Assembly: GCA_014534345.1 (NCBI GenBank)
Contig: JACVRR010000001.1
Coordinates: forward strand, 3,507 to 67,506
From: Thermoleophilia bacterium
GTDB taxonomy: Bacteria; Actinomycetota; Thermoleophilia; Gaiellales; Gaiellaceae
Direction: 5' to 3'
Length of the DNA: 64,000 nt
A program made the translations under genes and the position numbers. Below are positions 1 through 8,660 of this stretch, piece after piece; position 1 is the stretch's first letter, and every line of letters starts with the position of its first letter. The notes beneath the pieces were generated by a model. The model did no database searches. It saw nothing but the letters and a program-made list of their open reading frames with translations, and was not told the origin of the DNA.

Positions 1-804
1 CGTGGCGACGACCTCGATCCCTGCCTCGACGACGCTGCGGAGGACGGCGTCGCCGATCGATCCGCACGGCATGTGGGCGAGCTCGTCCACGCCGGCCTCG
101 ACGGCGAGGATCGTGCCGCCGTGCCCGCTGACGTGCGCCGTCACGAGGCGGTCGTGCCGGTGCGCCTCGTCGACGATCGCGCGTATCTCCGCCAGATCGA
201 GCATCGGCCCGAAGCGCGGCTCCAGCGCGATCTTGACCACCGCGGCGCCGCGCCCCACGAGTATCCGCACCGCGCGCCGCGCGTCGGCGGCGCCGCGAAC
301 GGGGAGTGCGATCTCGGGAGCCCAGGCGGGTATCGGGTAGCCGTCCGGCACGGTCACGATCGGGCCCGCCATCAGCACTCGGAGACCGCCGTAGCGACCG
401 GGCGGCCGGAGCGCCGCCAGCGGCCAGCCGAGGTTGCGCACGGTCGTCACGCCGCCGCGGAGCATCACCGGGTCGTTGACGTGCGTATGCAGGTCGATGA
501 AGCCCGGTAGGACCGTCGCGTCCCCGAGGTCGAAGGTGCGCTCGGCCTGGGCGTCGAGCTCCTCGCCGACCGCGGCGATCTCCCCGCCGCGAAGCAGGAG
601 CGCGCCGGGCTCGATCGTCCGCTCGCCGTCGAAGACCCGGTCGGCCCGGATCAGCACGTCGCCGCGGAGCTCGCTCCCGCCGCAGCCCGTCAGCGCCAGG
701 ACGCCGAGCGCCACGAGGAGCGGCCTCCTCCTGCGACGGCGGCAGCGAGGTCGTCGCAGCCCGGCGCGTGCGCGGCGGCCCGCCCCCGGCGCGAACGACT
801 CCAC
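1..804 (-). CDS. amidohydrolase-superfamily metallohydrolase (partial; C-terminus lies beyond the window edge)
   Basis: The minus-strand frame is open to position 1, so it is absent from the ORF track. The reverse complement of 481-507 encodes PGFIDLHTH, the amidohydrolase HxH metal motif. The N-terminus has an Arg-rich leader plus a lipobox-like LALTGC. The start is uncertain; the GTG near 804 is the best in-frame candidate. Confidence 0.7.
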   Translation of the reverse strand, partial: MESFAPGAGRRARAGLRRPRCRRRRRRPLLVALGVLALTGCGGSELRGDVLIRADRVFDGERTIEPGALLLRGGEIAAVGEELDAQAERTFDLGDATVLPGFIDLHTHVNDPVMLRGGVTTVRNLGWPLAALRPPGRYGGLRVLMAGPIVTVPDGYPIPAWAPEIALPVRGAADARRAVRILVGRGAAVVKIALEPRFGPMLDLAEIRAIVDEAHRHDRLVTAHVSGHGGTILAVEAGVDELAHMPCGSIGDAVLRSVVEAGIEVVAT

Positions 805-947
805 GCCCTGACGATAGACCCGCCGCCCGTCCCGGTTCGGGCGCGGCGGGCGCGCGGTCACGACGCCGATGCCGGGGGAGGGGGGCGCGGCCGCGGCAGG
901 TCGCGCCTGCCGACGAGCCCGTCCTTCGCGTCGCCGGGAGGTTATGG

Positions 948-976
948 TTGACAAGACTATAACGTACGGGTAGGGT
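948..976 (+). promoter_or_regulatory. candidate promoter of the nrtR-like operon (-35 TTGACA, 17-nt spacer, -10 TAGGGT), implying a leaderless or near-leaderless transcript
   Basis: TTGACA lies at 948-953 and TAGGGT (TAnnnT type) at 971-976. The GTG start at 984 is about 7 nt after the -10 and has no Shine-Dalgarno. The region is an AT-rich island in a GC-rich background and overlaps the dyad TTATGGT-N7-ACTATAA (943-963). Confidence 0.45.
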
Positions 977-983
977 AAGAGTC

Positions 984-1745
984 GTGTCGACTAGAACTCC
1001 CGACCCCGGCGTCCCGCCGGACTACGATCCCTCGCAGTTCCCGGCCTTCGCCGTCACCGTCGACGTCGTCGTGCTGACGGTCCGCGATGCCCGCCTCCAC
1101 GTCCTGCTCGTCCGCCGCGGCGTGCCGCCGTTCGAGGGAATGTGGGCGATTCCGGGCGGCTTCAAGCGCCCGGAGGAGACCCTGGACGAGGCGGCGAGGC
1201 GCGAACTGCTCGAGGAGACGGGCGTCGAGGGCGCGAGCCTCCGGCAGTTCGGTGCCTACGGCGATCCCGGGCGCGATCCGCGCATGAACGTCGTGACCGT
1301 CGCGTACTTCGCCGTCCTCCGCGAGGTCGACCGCATCGCGGGCGGCACGGATGCGGCAGCCGCCGGCCTCGTCCCCGTCTCCTACGCCCTCGGCGGCGAG
1401 ATCCAGCTCGCGTTCGACCACGCGCGCATCCTCCGCGATGCCGTCGAGCGCGTCCGGGTCGACCTCGCGCTCACGGACGTCGCGACCTCGTTCGTCGGGC
1501 CGACATTCACCCTGGCCGAGCTCCGGTCGGTGTACGAAGCCGTCTGGGGCGTGCACCTCGACGGCGCGAACTTCCGCCGCAGTGTCCTCTCCGAGGAGGG
1601 CTGGGTCGTCCCGACGGGACGACGCGCGCGACCGGGCGCAGCCGGCGGCAAGCCGGCCGAGCTCTACCGCGCGGGACGGATGTGGCAGCACGGCGGGCCC
1701 CTCCGCTACCCCCAGGCCACCCCGACGACGAGAGGAACCCGATGA
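984..1745 (+). CDS. nrtR: NrtR-family Nudix-related transcriptional regulator (Nudix hydrolase domain plus C-terminal winged helix)
   Basis: The Nudix box GGFKRPEETLDEAARRELLEETGV is intact. The C-terminal segment FTLAELRSVYEAVWGVHLDGANFRRSV is typical of the NrtR wHTH. The stop overlaps the next start (ATGA). Confidence 0.75.
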   Translation: MSTRTPDPGVPPDYDPSQFPAFAVTVDVVVLTVRDARLHVLLVRRGVPPFEGMWAIPGGFKRPEETLDEAARRELLEETGVEGASLRQFGAYGDPGRDPRMNVVTVAYFAVLREVDRIAGGTDAAAAGLVPVSYALGGEIQLAFDHARILRDAVERVRVDLALTDVATSFVGPTFTLAELRSVYEAVWGVHLDGANFRRSVLSEEGWVVPTGRRARPGAAGGKPAELYRAGRMWQHGGPLRYPQATPTTRGTR

Positions 1746-2704
1746 GAGCAGTGCTGTTCGACCGGTACGGCCCGCCGGAGGTCCTGCAGATCGCAGACGT
1801 CGAGCGGCCCGGGCCGAAGGAGGACGAGGTCCTCGTCCGCGTCCACGCGACGACGGCGTCCAGGACTGACGCCGGCCTGCGCAGCGCCGAGTACTTCGTC
1901 GCCCGCGTCTTCACCGGACTCCTGCGCCCGAGGCGCAACGTCGTCGGCCTCGAGTTCGCCGGGGAGGTGGAGGCAGTGGGCGCGGCCGTGACCGAGTTCG
2001 CGGCGGGCGACCGCGTCTTCGGCATCCGATCCGGGTCGAACGCCGAGTACGTCTGCGTCCGCGAGAGCGGCGTGATCGCGCACCTACCCGCCGGCCTCTC
2101 GTTCGAGCAGGCGGCCGCGGTCGCCGACGGCGCGCTCAGCGCGGTCTCGCTCCTACGCACCGCCGGCGTCGGCGACGGGACGAAGCTCCTCGTCTACGGC
2201 GCCTCCGGCTCGATCGGTACCGCCGCCGTCCAGCTCGCGAAGCACCTCGGCGCGCACGTAACCGCCGTCTGCAACACGCCGAACCTCGAGCTCGTCCGCT
2301 CGCTCGGCGCCGACGACGTCGTCGACTACCTGCGCGAGGACTTCACTCGGCGCGGGAGGACCTACGACGTCGTCCTCGACGCCGCCGGCAAGACCACCTT
2401 CCTGCGCTCCCGGCGCGCGCTGAAGCGCGGCGGCCTCTACGTCACGACCGACCCGGGCTTCCTCTGGCACGACGCGGTGGTCACGCTCGCGACGAAGCTC
2501 GGCGCCCGCCGGAAGGCGAAGCTCGGGATCGTCCGGTATCGCAAGGACGACCTCCGCGCGGTCAGGGAGCTCCTCGAGCGCGGCGCGTACCGCCCCGTGA
2601 TCGACCGGACGTACCCCCTCGACGAGGTCGTCGACGCGCACCGGTACGTCGACACGCACCAGAAGGCGGGGAACGTCGTGCTGACGATCGGCGGCACGGG
2701 ATGA
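1742..2704 (+). CDS. MDR-superfamily NAD(P)H:quinone oxidoreductase / zinc-type alcohol dehydrogenase-like protein (paralog 1)
   Basis: Internal ATG at 1742 of ORF 1142..2704. The protein shows the GroES-like N-terminus (EVLVRVHAT), the Rossmann motif VYGASGSIGTAAVQLAK and the C-terminal HRYVDTHQKAGNVVL. ATGA overlaps occur at both ends. Confidence 0.85.
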   Translation: MRAVLFDRYGPPEVLQIADVERPGPKEDEVLVRVHATTASRTDAGLRSAEYFVARVFTGLLRPRRNVVGLEFAGEVEAVGAAVTEFAAGDRVFGIRSGSNAEYVCVRESGVIAHLPAGLSFEQAAAVADGALSAVSLLRTAGVGDGTKLLVYGASGSIGTAAVQLAKHLGAHVTAVCNTPNLELVRSLGADDVVDYLREDFTRRGRTYDVVLDAAGKTTFLRSRRALKRGGLYVTTDPGFLWHDAVVTLATKLGARRKAKLGIVRYRKDDLRAVRELLERGAYRPVIDRTYPLDEVVDAHRYVDTHQKAGNVVLTIGGTG

Positions 2705-3660
2705 GGGCCGCCTTCCACGACCGGTACGGGCCCCCCGAGGTTCTTCGCGTCGAGGAGCTCGAGCGTCCGGCGCCGAAGGCGGACGAGCTGCTCGTGCGCA
2801 TCCACGCGTCGACGGTCAACCTCACCGACTGCCACATGCGCGGTGCCTATCCGCCGTTCTGGCGGTTCTTGATCGGGTTCCGCGCGCCGAAGCCGCAGTT
2901 TCGCATCGCCGGACGCGAGTTCGCCGGCGTTGTCGAGGAGGTCGGCGCGGACGTGACGGAGTTCGAGCCCGGCGACCGCGTCTTCGGCAGACGCCTGGGA
3001 GCGAACGCCGAGTACCTCTGCGTCCGCGACTCCGGCCTCGTGACGCCCATCCCCGCCGGCTTGACGTTCGAGGAGGCGGCGGGGACGTTCGACGGGTTCC
3101 ATCAGGGATTGACGCCGATGCAGCGCGCCCGTGTCGGCGAGGGAACGCGGCTGCTCGTGTACGGCGCCTCCGGCGCCTGCGGCACCGCCGCCGTCCAGCT
3201 CGGCAAGCACTTCGGCGCGCACGTCACCGCCGTCTGCAACACGAAGAACGTCGACCTCGTGCGAGCGCTCGGCGCAGACGAGGTGATCGACTACCTGCAC
3301 GAGGACTTCACGAAGCGCCGCGAGGCGTACGACGTCGTCCTCGACGCCGTCGGCATGCACTCGTTCCTGCGCTCGCGCCGCGCGCTGAAGCGGCCGGGTC
3401 TCTTCGTCGCCACCGACCGGCTCGTCAACTTCCCGCTCGCATTGCTCACGCGGTGGAGCGCCCGAAGAGTCGTCTTCACGTACCGCGAGCCCGACAAGGC
3501 GGATCTCCTGCTGCTCGCGCAGCTGCTCGAGGCGGGCGAGTACCGGCCGGTTATCGACAGCACGTACCCGCTCGACCGCGTCGTGGAAGCACACCGCTAC
3601 GTCGAGACGAGACAGAAGACCGGAAACGTCGTCGTCACGCTCGACGGCGCGGCTCGCTAA
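2701..3660 (+). CDS. MDR-superfamily quinone oxidoreductase-like protein (paralog 2)
   Basis: ORF 2701..3660 is colinear with paralog 1 (VYGASGACGTAAVQLGK; HRYVETRQKTGNVVV). Confidence 0.85.
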   Translation: MRAAFHDRYGPPEVLRVEELERPAPKADELLVRIHASTVNLTDCHMRGAYPPFWRFLIGFRAPKPQFRIAGREFAGVVEEVGADVTEFEPGDRVFGRRLGANAEYLCVRDSGLVTPIPAGLTFEEAAGTFDGFHQGLTPMQRARVGEGTRLLVYGASGACGTAAVQLGKHFGAHVTAVCNTKNVDLVRALGADEVIDYLHEDFTKRREAYDVVLDAVGMHSFLRSRRALKRPGLFVATDRLVNFPLALLTRWSARRVVFTYREPDKADLLLLAQLLEAGEYRPVIDSTYPLDRVVEAHRYVETRQKTGNVVVTLDGAAR

Positions 3661-3683
3661 CCGCAAGCGAAACGGAGGTCACG

Positions 3684-3875
3684 ATGTTCACCCCCCACCC
3701 TTCCGAGGCTCTCGCGGTCGCCGACCGGCGCGGCCGCGAGCTCCACGCCGCCGCGGCGGCGGAGCGATACCGTGGCCCGCGCCGTCACCGCGTGCTCGCC
3801 GCGGTCCTCCGCTGGACGGCGGATCGCCTCGACCCCACGGCGCCGCTCGCACAGCCGCCGACGTGCCAGCCGTGA
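3684..3875 (+). CDS. small conserved hypothetical protein (63 aa), paralog of 5657..5845
   Basis: ATG at 3684 is preceded by GGAGG (3674-3678). About 30 of the first 51 residues are identical to the 5657 sORF by manual alignment (ALAVA, ER, TADRLDP). It sits immediately upstream of an MDR gene, as its paralog does. Confidence 0.6.
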   Translation: MFTPHPSEALAVADRRGRELHAAAAAERYRGPRRHRVLAAVLRWTADRLDPTAPLAQPPTCQP

Positions 3876-3916
3876 GCGTGCCCCGCGAGGAGCGCTCGCT
3901 CCCCACGGCGGGGACG

Positions 3917-4869
3917 ATGACCGCGGTCGTCCGCGATCGCTACGGGGTCAATGCGCTCGAGCTGCGGCAGATCCCCAGGCCTGAGCTGAGCGCGGACGGC
4001 GTGCTCGTGCGCGTCCGCGCCGCCTCCGTGAACCGGCGCGAGTGGTACTCCGTCGCGACACCGCTCTTCGCCCGCGTCTTCTTCGGCCTGCGCCGCCCCA
4101 AGGAGCGAGTTCCGGGCGTCGACTTCGCCGGGACGGTGAAGGCCGTCGGACGCGACGTGACGCACGTCCGGCCCGGCGACGACGTCTTCGGTGGCCGGGT
4201 CGGCGCGTTCGCCGAGTACGTGTGCGTCCGCAACGCCGTCGTCCGGGAACCCGCAAACCTCACCTTCGAGGAGGCGGCCGCCGTCCCGATTGCCGGGCTC
4301 ACTGCCCTGCAGGGCCTCCGCGACAAGGGCGCCGTCCGCCCGGGCCAGCGGGTGCTCGTCAACGGCACCTCCGGCGGCGTCGGGACATTCGCCGTCCAGG
4401 TCGCGAAGGCGCTCGGCGCCGACGTGACGGCGGTCTGCAGCACGCGGAACGTCGAGCTCGCTCGCTCAGCGCCGATCGCGTCGTCGACTACACGCGTGCG
4501 GACTTCACGCGCAGCGACGAGCGCTACGACGTCCTCTTCGACGTCGCGGGGAGCAGACGGTGGTCGGAGTCGACTCGCGTGCTGAAGCCCGAGGGGATCC
4601 TCGTTCAGGCCGGCGCCCCGATGAGCGGCCCACTCGGGCCGCTGGGGCACGTGGCCAGGAGGCGCGTCGCCGCAGTCCGCGGAAGCCAGCGCCTCGTCAA
4701 CTTCCTCACGAAGTTCAACAGGCCGGACATGGAGGTGCTCCGGGAGCTGCTCGAGGACGGCAAGATCAGGCCGGTCATCGAGCGCCGCTACGCGCTCACC
4801 GAGATCCGCGACGCGGTGCGGTACGTCGGCCAAGGCCACTGCCGGGCCAAGGTCGTCGTCCCGATCTGA
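3917..4869 (+). pseudogene. MDR quinone oxidoreductase-like gene (paralog 3) interrupted by a frameshift near 4466-4470
   Basis: The N-terminal two thirds are in the frame of ORF 3863..4585 and the C-terminal third in the frame of ORF 4042..4869. Both parts are colinear with paralog 4 (5941..6903). Relative to paralog 4 (CGCTCGCTCGGCGCC), the sequence CGCTCAGCGCC lacks 4 nt within a GCTC repeat. The length of 953 nt is not a multiple of 3. Confidence 0.7.
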
Positions 4870-4872
4870 CCG

Positions 4873-5547
4873 TCACGGTGCGGCCGTGCGGGCCTGCTCG
4901 AGGCCGTCGAGAAGCAGGTCGAGGACGAACTCGAAAGCGCTCTTCTCCCCCTTGCCGAAGCCCGCGACGTGCTGCCCGACGTGCTCGTGGACGTAGGGGT
5001 AGTCGTCCAACGGGAAGTCGCGCATGAACGTGGCGGCGAGATCGGCGATGTCGCCTGCGGGCAGCGAGTGCCCCTGCTCCCAGAGCGTGAACCCCCACAG
5101 GTGGCTGTCGAGCGCGTGGTACGCGTGGTAGGTCACGTCGGGGGAGAACCCCGCCTCGCGCAGGGTCCGCAGCAGCCACTCCATCTGCTGCACGCGGACG
5201 GGAATGTTGCGTGCCGGCGACATCGCCAGCGCGCAGGCCCAGGGATGGCGGCGAAGCAGGTCGTGCGCCGAGACGGCGCTGCGGCGCACGGCCGCCCTCC
5301 AGTCGTCCCCGCGGGCCGGCAGCTCGCGCTCGCCGAGCACGAGCTCGGCCATGCCGTCGAGCAGGTCGTCCTTGTTGGCGACGTGGTTGTACAGCGACAT
5401 CGCCTCGACGCCGAGCTCCTGGCCGAGCCGGCGCATGCTCAGCGCGTCGATTCCGGCTTCGTCCGCGAACGCGATCGCGGTCTGCAGGACGCGCTCCCTG
5501 GTGAGCGGGATCCGGGATGCTGCGGCGGCTTCGGCGCGCTTGACCAT
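4873..5547 (-). CDS. TetR-family transcriptional regulator
   Basis: ORF 4873..5547 has the N-terminal HTH LTRERVLQTAIAFADEAGIDALSMRRLGQELGVEAMSLYNHV and a TetR-type C-terminal domain. Confidence 0.85.
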   Translation of the reverse strand: MVKRAEAAAASRIPLTRERVLQTAIAFADEAGIDALSMRRLGQELGVEAMSLYNHVANKDDLLDGMAELVLGERELPARGDDWRAAVRRSAVSAHDLLRRHPWACALAMSPARNIPVRVQQMEWLLRTLREAGFSPDVTYHAYHALDSHLWGFTLWEQGHSLPAGDIADLAATFMRDFPLDDYPYVHEHVGQHVAGFGKGEKSAFEFVLDLLLDGLEQARTAAP

Positions 5548-5586
5548 CGTCCCTCCGTACAGAGTAAGTCAGGCGTCGTTCCCGAC

Positions 5587-5640
5587 TTGACAACCTTACG
5601 CCGTATGTGTAGCTTACATTGTACGTTTACACCGTACGTC
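5587..5640 (+). promoter_or_regulatory. candidate promoter (-35 TTGACA 5587-5592, -10 TAGCTT 5610-5615) and AT-rich imperfect dyads (ATGT-N7-ACAT; repeated CGTAC), a putative TetR operator
   Basis: Seen in the 109-bp divergent region between the TetR gene and the sORF at 5657. This is the most AT-rich stretch of this part of the window. Confidence 0.4.
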
Positions 5641-5656
5641 TATCCGGAGGTCAAGC

Positions 5657-5845
5657 ATGTACGCCACCCACACCACCGACGCCCTCGCGGTCGCCCGCAC
5701 GCGCGGCGAGGAGCTCCGCGCCCAGGCTGCCTTCGAGCGCGGCCGCACGCCGAACCGGCGCTCCGCGCTCGCCACGTCGCTGCGCCGGACCGCCGACCGC
5801 CTCGATCCCGCGCCGCTGCTGCGGGCGGCGGCGAGCCGGTCCTGA
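5657..5845 (+). CDS. small conserved hypothetical protein (62 aa), paralog of 3684..3875
   Basis: ORF 5657..5845 has a GGAGG 8 nt upstream and is paralogous to the 3684 sORF. Confidence 0.6.
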   Translation: MYATHTTDALAVARTRGEELRAQAAFERGRTPNRRSALATSLRRTADRLDPAPLLRAAASRS

Positions 5846-5940
5846 GGCGAGGAGCGACCGCCATGCAGCCGAAGGCAGCCGAGCCCTCGCCGCGTCCCTC
5901 CCGCGACGCCGCCGCGCGCCTCTCGCCCGTCCCCGAGACG

Positions 5941-6903
5941 ATGAAGGCCATCGTGCAGACCAGGTACGGGTCGCCCGAGATCCTCGAGCTCCGCGAGGTC
6001 GACACGCCCCTCCTCGAAGACCACCAGGTCCTCGTCCGGGTGCACGCCTCGTCGGTCAACCCGGCCGAGTGGTACCGCGTGGTGGGCCCGCCCTTCGCCC
6101 GCGTCGCGGACGGGCTGCGGCGCCCGAAGCGCCCGGGGATCGGCGGCGACCTCGCCGGGACGGTCGTCGCGGTAGGCAAGGACGTCGACGACGTCGTGCC
6201 CGGCGACGAGGTGTTCGGCATCGCGGCCGCCTCGTGGGCCGAGTACGCCCGCGCGCGTGCTGATCGCGTCGTCCGCAAGCCGGCGAACGCCTCGTTCGAG
6301 GAAGCCGGGGCCGTCCCGATCGCCGGCCTGACCGCGCTGCAGGCCCTACGCGACCACGGGCGCGTGCAGCCCGGGCAGAAGGTGCTGATCAACGGCGCGT
6401 CCGGAGGGGTCGGCACCTTCGCCGTGCAGATCGCGAAGGCGCTCGGCGCCGACGTGACGGCCGTGTGCAGCACGTCCAAGGTCGAGCTCGTCCGCTCGCT
6501 CGGCGCCGACCGCGTGATCGACTACACGCAGGAGGACTTCACGCGCCGGGGCGAGCGGTACGACGTGCTGATCGACGTCGCCGGCAGCCGGCCGTTCAGG
6601 CAGTTCGCGCGCGTGCTGACACGCGAGGCGATGATCGTGCTCGTCGGCGGTGCGATGAACCGCGGCCTCGGCCCGCTCCCGCACCTCGGCGCGACGATCG
6701 CGAGCGGACTGCTCCGCAGCCAGACGGTCCGGTTCTTCGTCGCCAAGGCGACGAAGGAGGACCTCGGCGCGCTCGCCGGATTGGTCGAGGCGGGAGAGAT
6801 CCGGGCGGTCGTCGAGCGCCGCTACGAGCTCGGCCGGGCGGCGGACGCGCTCCGCTACCTCGGCGAAGGGCACTGCCGGGCGAAGGTCGTCCTCACGGTC
6901 TGA
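5941..6903 (+). CDS. MDR quinone oxidoreductase-like protein (paralog 4, intact counterpart of the 3917..4869 pseudogene)
   Basis: Internal ATG (MKAIVQTRYG) of ORF 4969..6903, chosen by analogy with MTAVVRDRYG of paralog 3. The Rossmann motif is INGASGGVGTFAVQIAK. An alternative start lies at 5864. Confidence 0.85.
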   Translation: MKAIVQTRYGSPEILELREVDTPLLEDHQVLVRVHASSVNPAEWYRVVGPPFARVADGLRRPKRPGIGGDLAGTVVAVGKDVDDVVPGDEVFGIAAASWAEYARARADRVVRKPANASFEEAGAVPIAGLTALQALRDHGRVQPGQKVLINGASGGVGTFAVQIAKALGADVTAVCSTSKVELVRSLGADRVIDYTQEDFTRRGERYDVLIDVAGSRPFRQFARVLTREAMIVLVGGAMNRGLGPLPHLGATIASGLLRSQTVRFFVAKATKEDLGALAGLVEAGEIRAVVERRYELGRAADALRYLGEGHCRAKVVLTV

Positions 6904-6974
6904 CGCGGTGCGGACCTCCGTCGGGCGATCCCGCGCGCGACAACAATTCCACCGGCCGTTCGTCGTAGCGAGCA

Positions 6975-8630
6975 GTGCGGGCGCGGGGCCTCCTCATCGC
7001 CGCGGCGGTCGCGAGCGCAGCGGCCCTCGCCGGCAGCGCGGGCGCCGACGTGCCCGCCCCGCGGCAGATCTCCGTCGATCCCTTCACGAACCCGTCCGGC
7101 CAGCATGAGACGGCCGTCGAGCCGGACAGCTTCGCGTTCGGCAACACCGTCGTCGCGGTCTTCCAGCTCGGCCGGATCGCCGCGGGCGGCGCGTCCGGCA
7201 TCGGCTGGGCGCGCTCCACGGACGGCGGACGGACCTGGACCTCCGGCGTCCTCCCCGCCCTCACCGTCCACGCGACGCCGCCGGGCCCGTACAGCCGCGC
7301 CTCCGATCCCGTGATCGCGTTCGACCGGGTCCACGGGACGTGGCTCGCGTCCGTGCTCGCCCTGCGGGAGGCCGCCGGGACGTCGATCTCCTCGCTCGTG
7401 ACCAGCCGCTCCGCCGACGGCTCGTCGTGGAGCGCGCCCGTCGTCACCGCCCCCGAGCAAGGACAGCTGTTCATGCACGACAAGAACTGGATCGTGTGCG
7501 ACAACGGCCGCTCGAGCCCTCACGCAGGCCGGTGCTACGTGACGTGGACGCACTCCGAGGGCGGGACGCTCGCCGTGTCGTCCTCGAGCGACGGCGGGCA
7601 GACGTGGTCGGCCGCCGTGACCGTGCCCGCGGCTCGCGGCACGGGGTGGCAGCCGATCGTGCGGCCGGACGGGACGCTCGTCGTGGTCTACATGACCGGC
7701 GGCACGATCGAGGCGGTCAGGTCGCGCGACGGCGGCCGGACGTTCGCGGCTCCGGCCGTCGTCGCCTCGCAGCGGTTCGCGCGGGTTCCGGGGATGCGCG
7801 CGCCGTCACTTCCCTCGGTCGAGATCGATGCAGCCGGACGGGCGGTCGCCGCCTGGCATGACTGCCGCTTCCGCGTTCGCTGCTCGACCAACGACATCGT
7901 CTACGCGTCGTCCCGCGACGGCACGAGGTGGACGCGCGTGCGCCGGATCCGCACCGCGCCCCGGCTGGGCGGGCTGAACCACTTCGTTCCCGGCCTTGCC
8001 GTCGATGCGTCGACGCGCGGCGCACGCACTCGTCTGGCAGCCGCGTTCTACGTCCTCACGCCGCGTGGCTGCACGCTGGGGAGCTGCCTCGTGCAGCCTT
8101 GGTTCGTGTCGTCGCGCGACAACGGGCGCACCTGGAGCGCGCCCGAAGCCCTCGCGCCCGCGCAGCGGCCGGACGCGTATCCGAACAGCAACGGCGGGCG
8201 CTTCGCAGGCGACTACATCTCGACCTCGTTCACGCACGGCGGCACGGCCGTCCCCGTGTTCGCAGCGGCGTCGGCGCCCTTCGACGGCCGCTTCCACCAG
8301 GGCGTGTTCGCGACCGCGGTCCCGCCGCTGCCGGCGGCGGCGAGACCGCTCTCGCTCGGACGGCCGCGCGTCGCGCCTCGGCGACCGCGACCGGGCCGGC
8401 GCGTGATCGTCTCGGCACCGCTTGCCGGCCCGAGCGACGACGCACACGTCCGCTGCTCGGCGACCCGTGCGCGCGTGCTGCGCGCGGGCCTCGCGGGCGG
8501 CCGTGCCGTTTGCAGGCTGCGCGTGCGGGCGGGCGCGCGCGTACGCGGGACGATCACCGTCACGACGCCCGACGCGGACGCGACACGGCGCTTCGCATTG
8601 CGGGTGCAGCGAAGCCAAACGGGGTCATAG
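6975..8630 (+). CDS. secreted BNR/Asp-box repeat protein (sialidase-like beta-propeller)
   Basis: It has a signal peptide (MRARGLLIAAAVASAAALAGSAGA) and five SxDxGxTW-type Asp-boxes (STDGGRTW, SSDGGQTW, SRDGGRTF, SRDGTRW, SRDNGRTW). Confidence 0.8.
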   Translation: MRARGLLIAAAVASAAALAGSAGADVPAPRQISVDPFTNPSGQHETAVEPDSFAFGNTVVAVFQLGRIAAGGASGIGWARSTDGGRTWTSGVLPALTVHATPPGPYSRASDPVIAFDRVHGTWLASVLALREAAGTSISSLVTSRSADGSSWSAPVVTAPEQGQLFMHDKNWIVCDNGRSSPHAGRCYVTWTHSEGGTLAVSSSSDGGQTWSAAVTVPAARGTGWQPIVRPDGTLVVVYMTGGTIEAVRSRDGGRTFAAPAVVASQRFARVPGMRAPSLPSVEIDAAGRAVAAWHDCRFRVRCSTNDIVYASSRDGTRWTRVRRIRTAPRLGGLNHFVPGLAVDASTRGARTRLAAAFYVLTPRGCTLGSCLVQPWFVSSRDNGRTWSAPEALAPAQRPDAYPNSNGGRFAGDYISTSFTHGGTAVPVFAAASAPFDGRFHQGVFATAVPPLPAAARPLSLGRPRVAPRRPRPGRRVIVSAPLAGPSDDAHVRCSATRARVLRAGLAGGRAVCRLRVRAGARVRGTITVTTPDADATRRFALRVQRSQTGS

Positions 8631-8660
8631 CGGGCGGCTGAGCACGCGCCGGCGCGCCGG

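Noticed and set aside
1142-1741. N-terminal 200 aa of ORF 1142..2704
   Set aside because: It is out of frame and overlaps the motif-bearing NrtR gene. MDR homology begins at the ATG at 1742.
4969-5940. ~320-aa N-terminal extension of ORF 4969..6903
   Set aside because: It runs antisense through the TetR gene and across the sORF at 5657. Similarity to the MDR paralogs only starts at MKAIVQTRYG (5941).
8649-8660. CCGGCGCGCCGG palindrome between the convergent BNR and cyclase genes as a bidirectional terminator
   Set aside because: It is a 12-bp palindrome with no loop, in DNA where GC palindromes of this size are common by chance. The evidence is insufficient.
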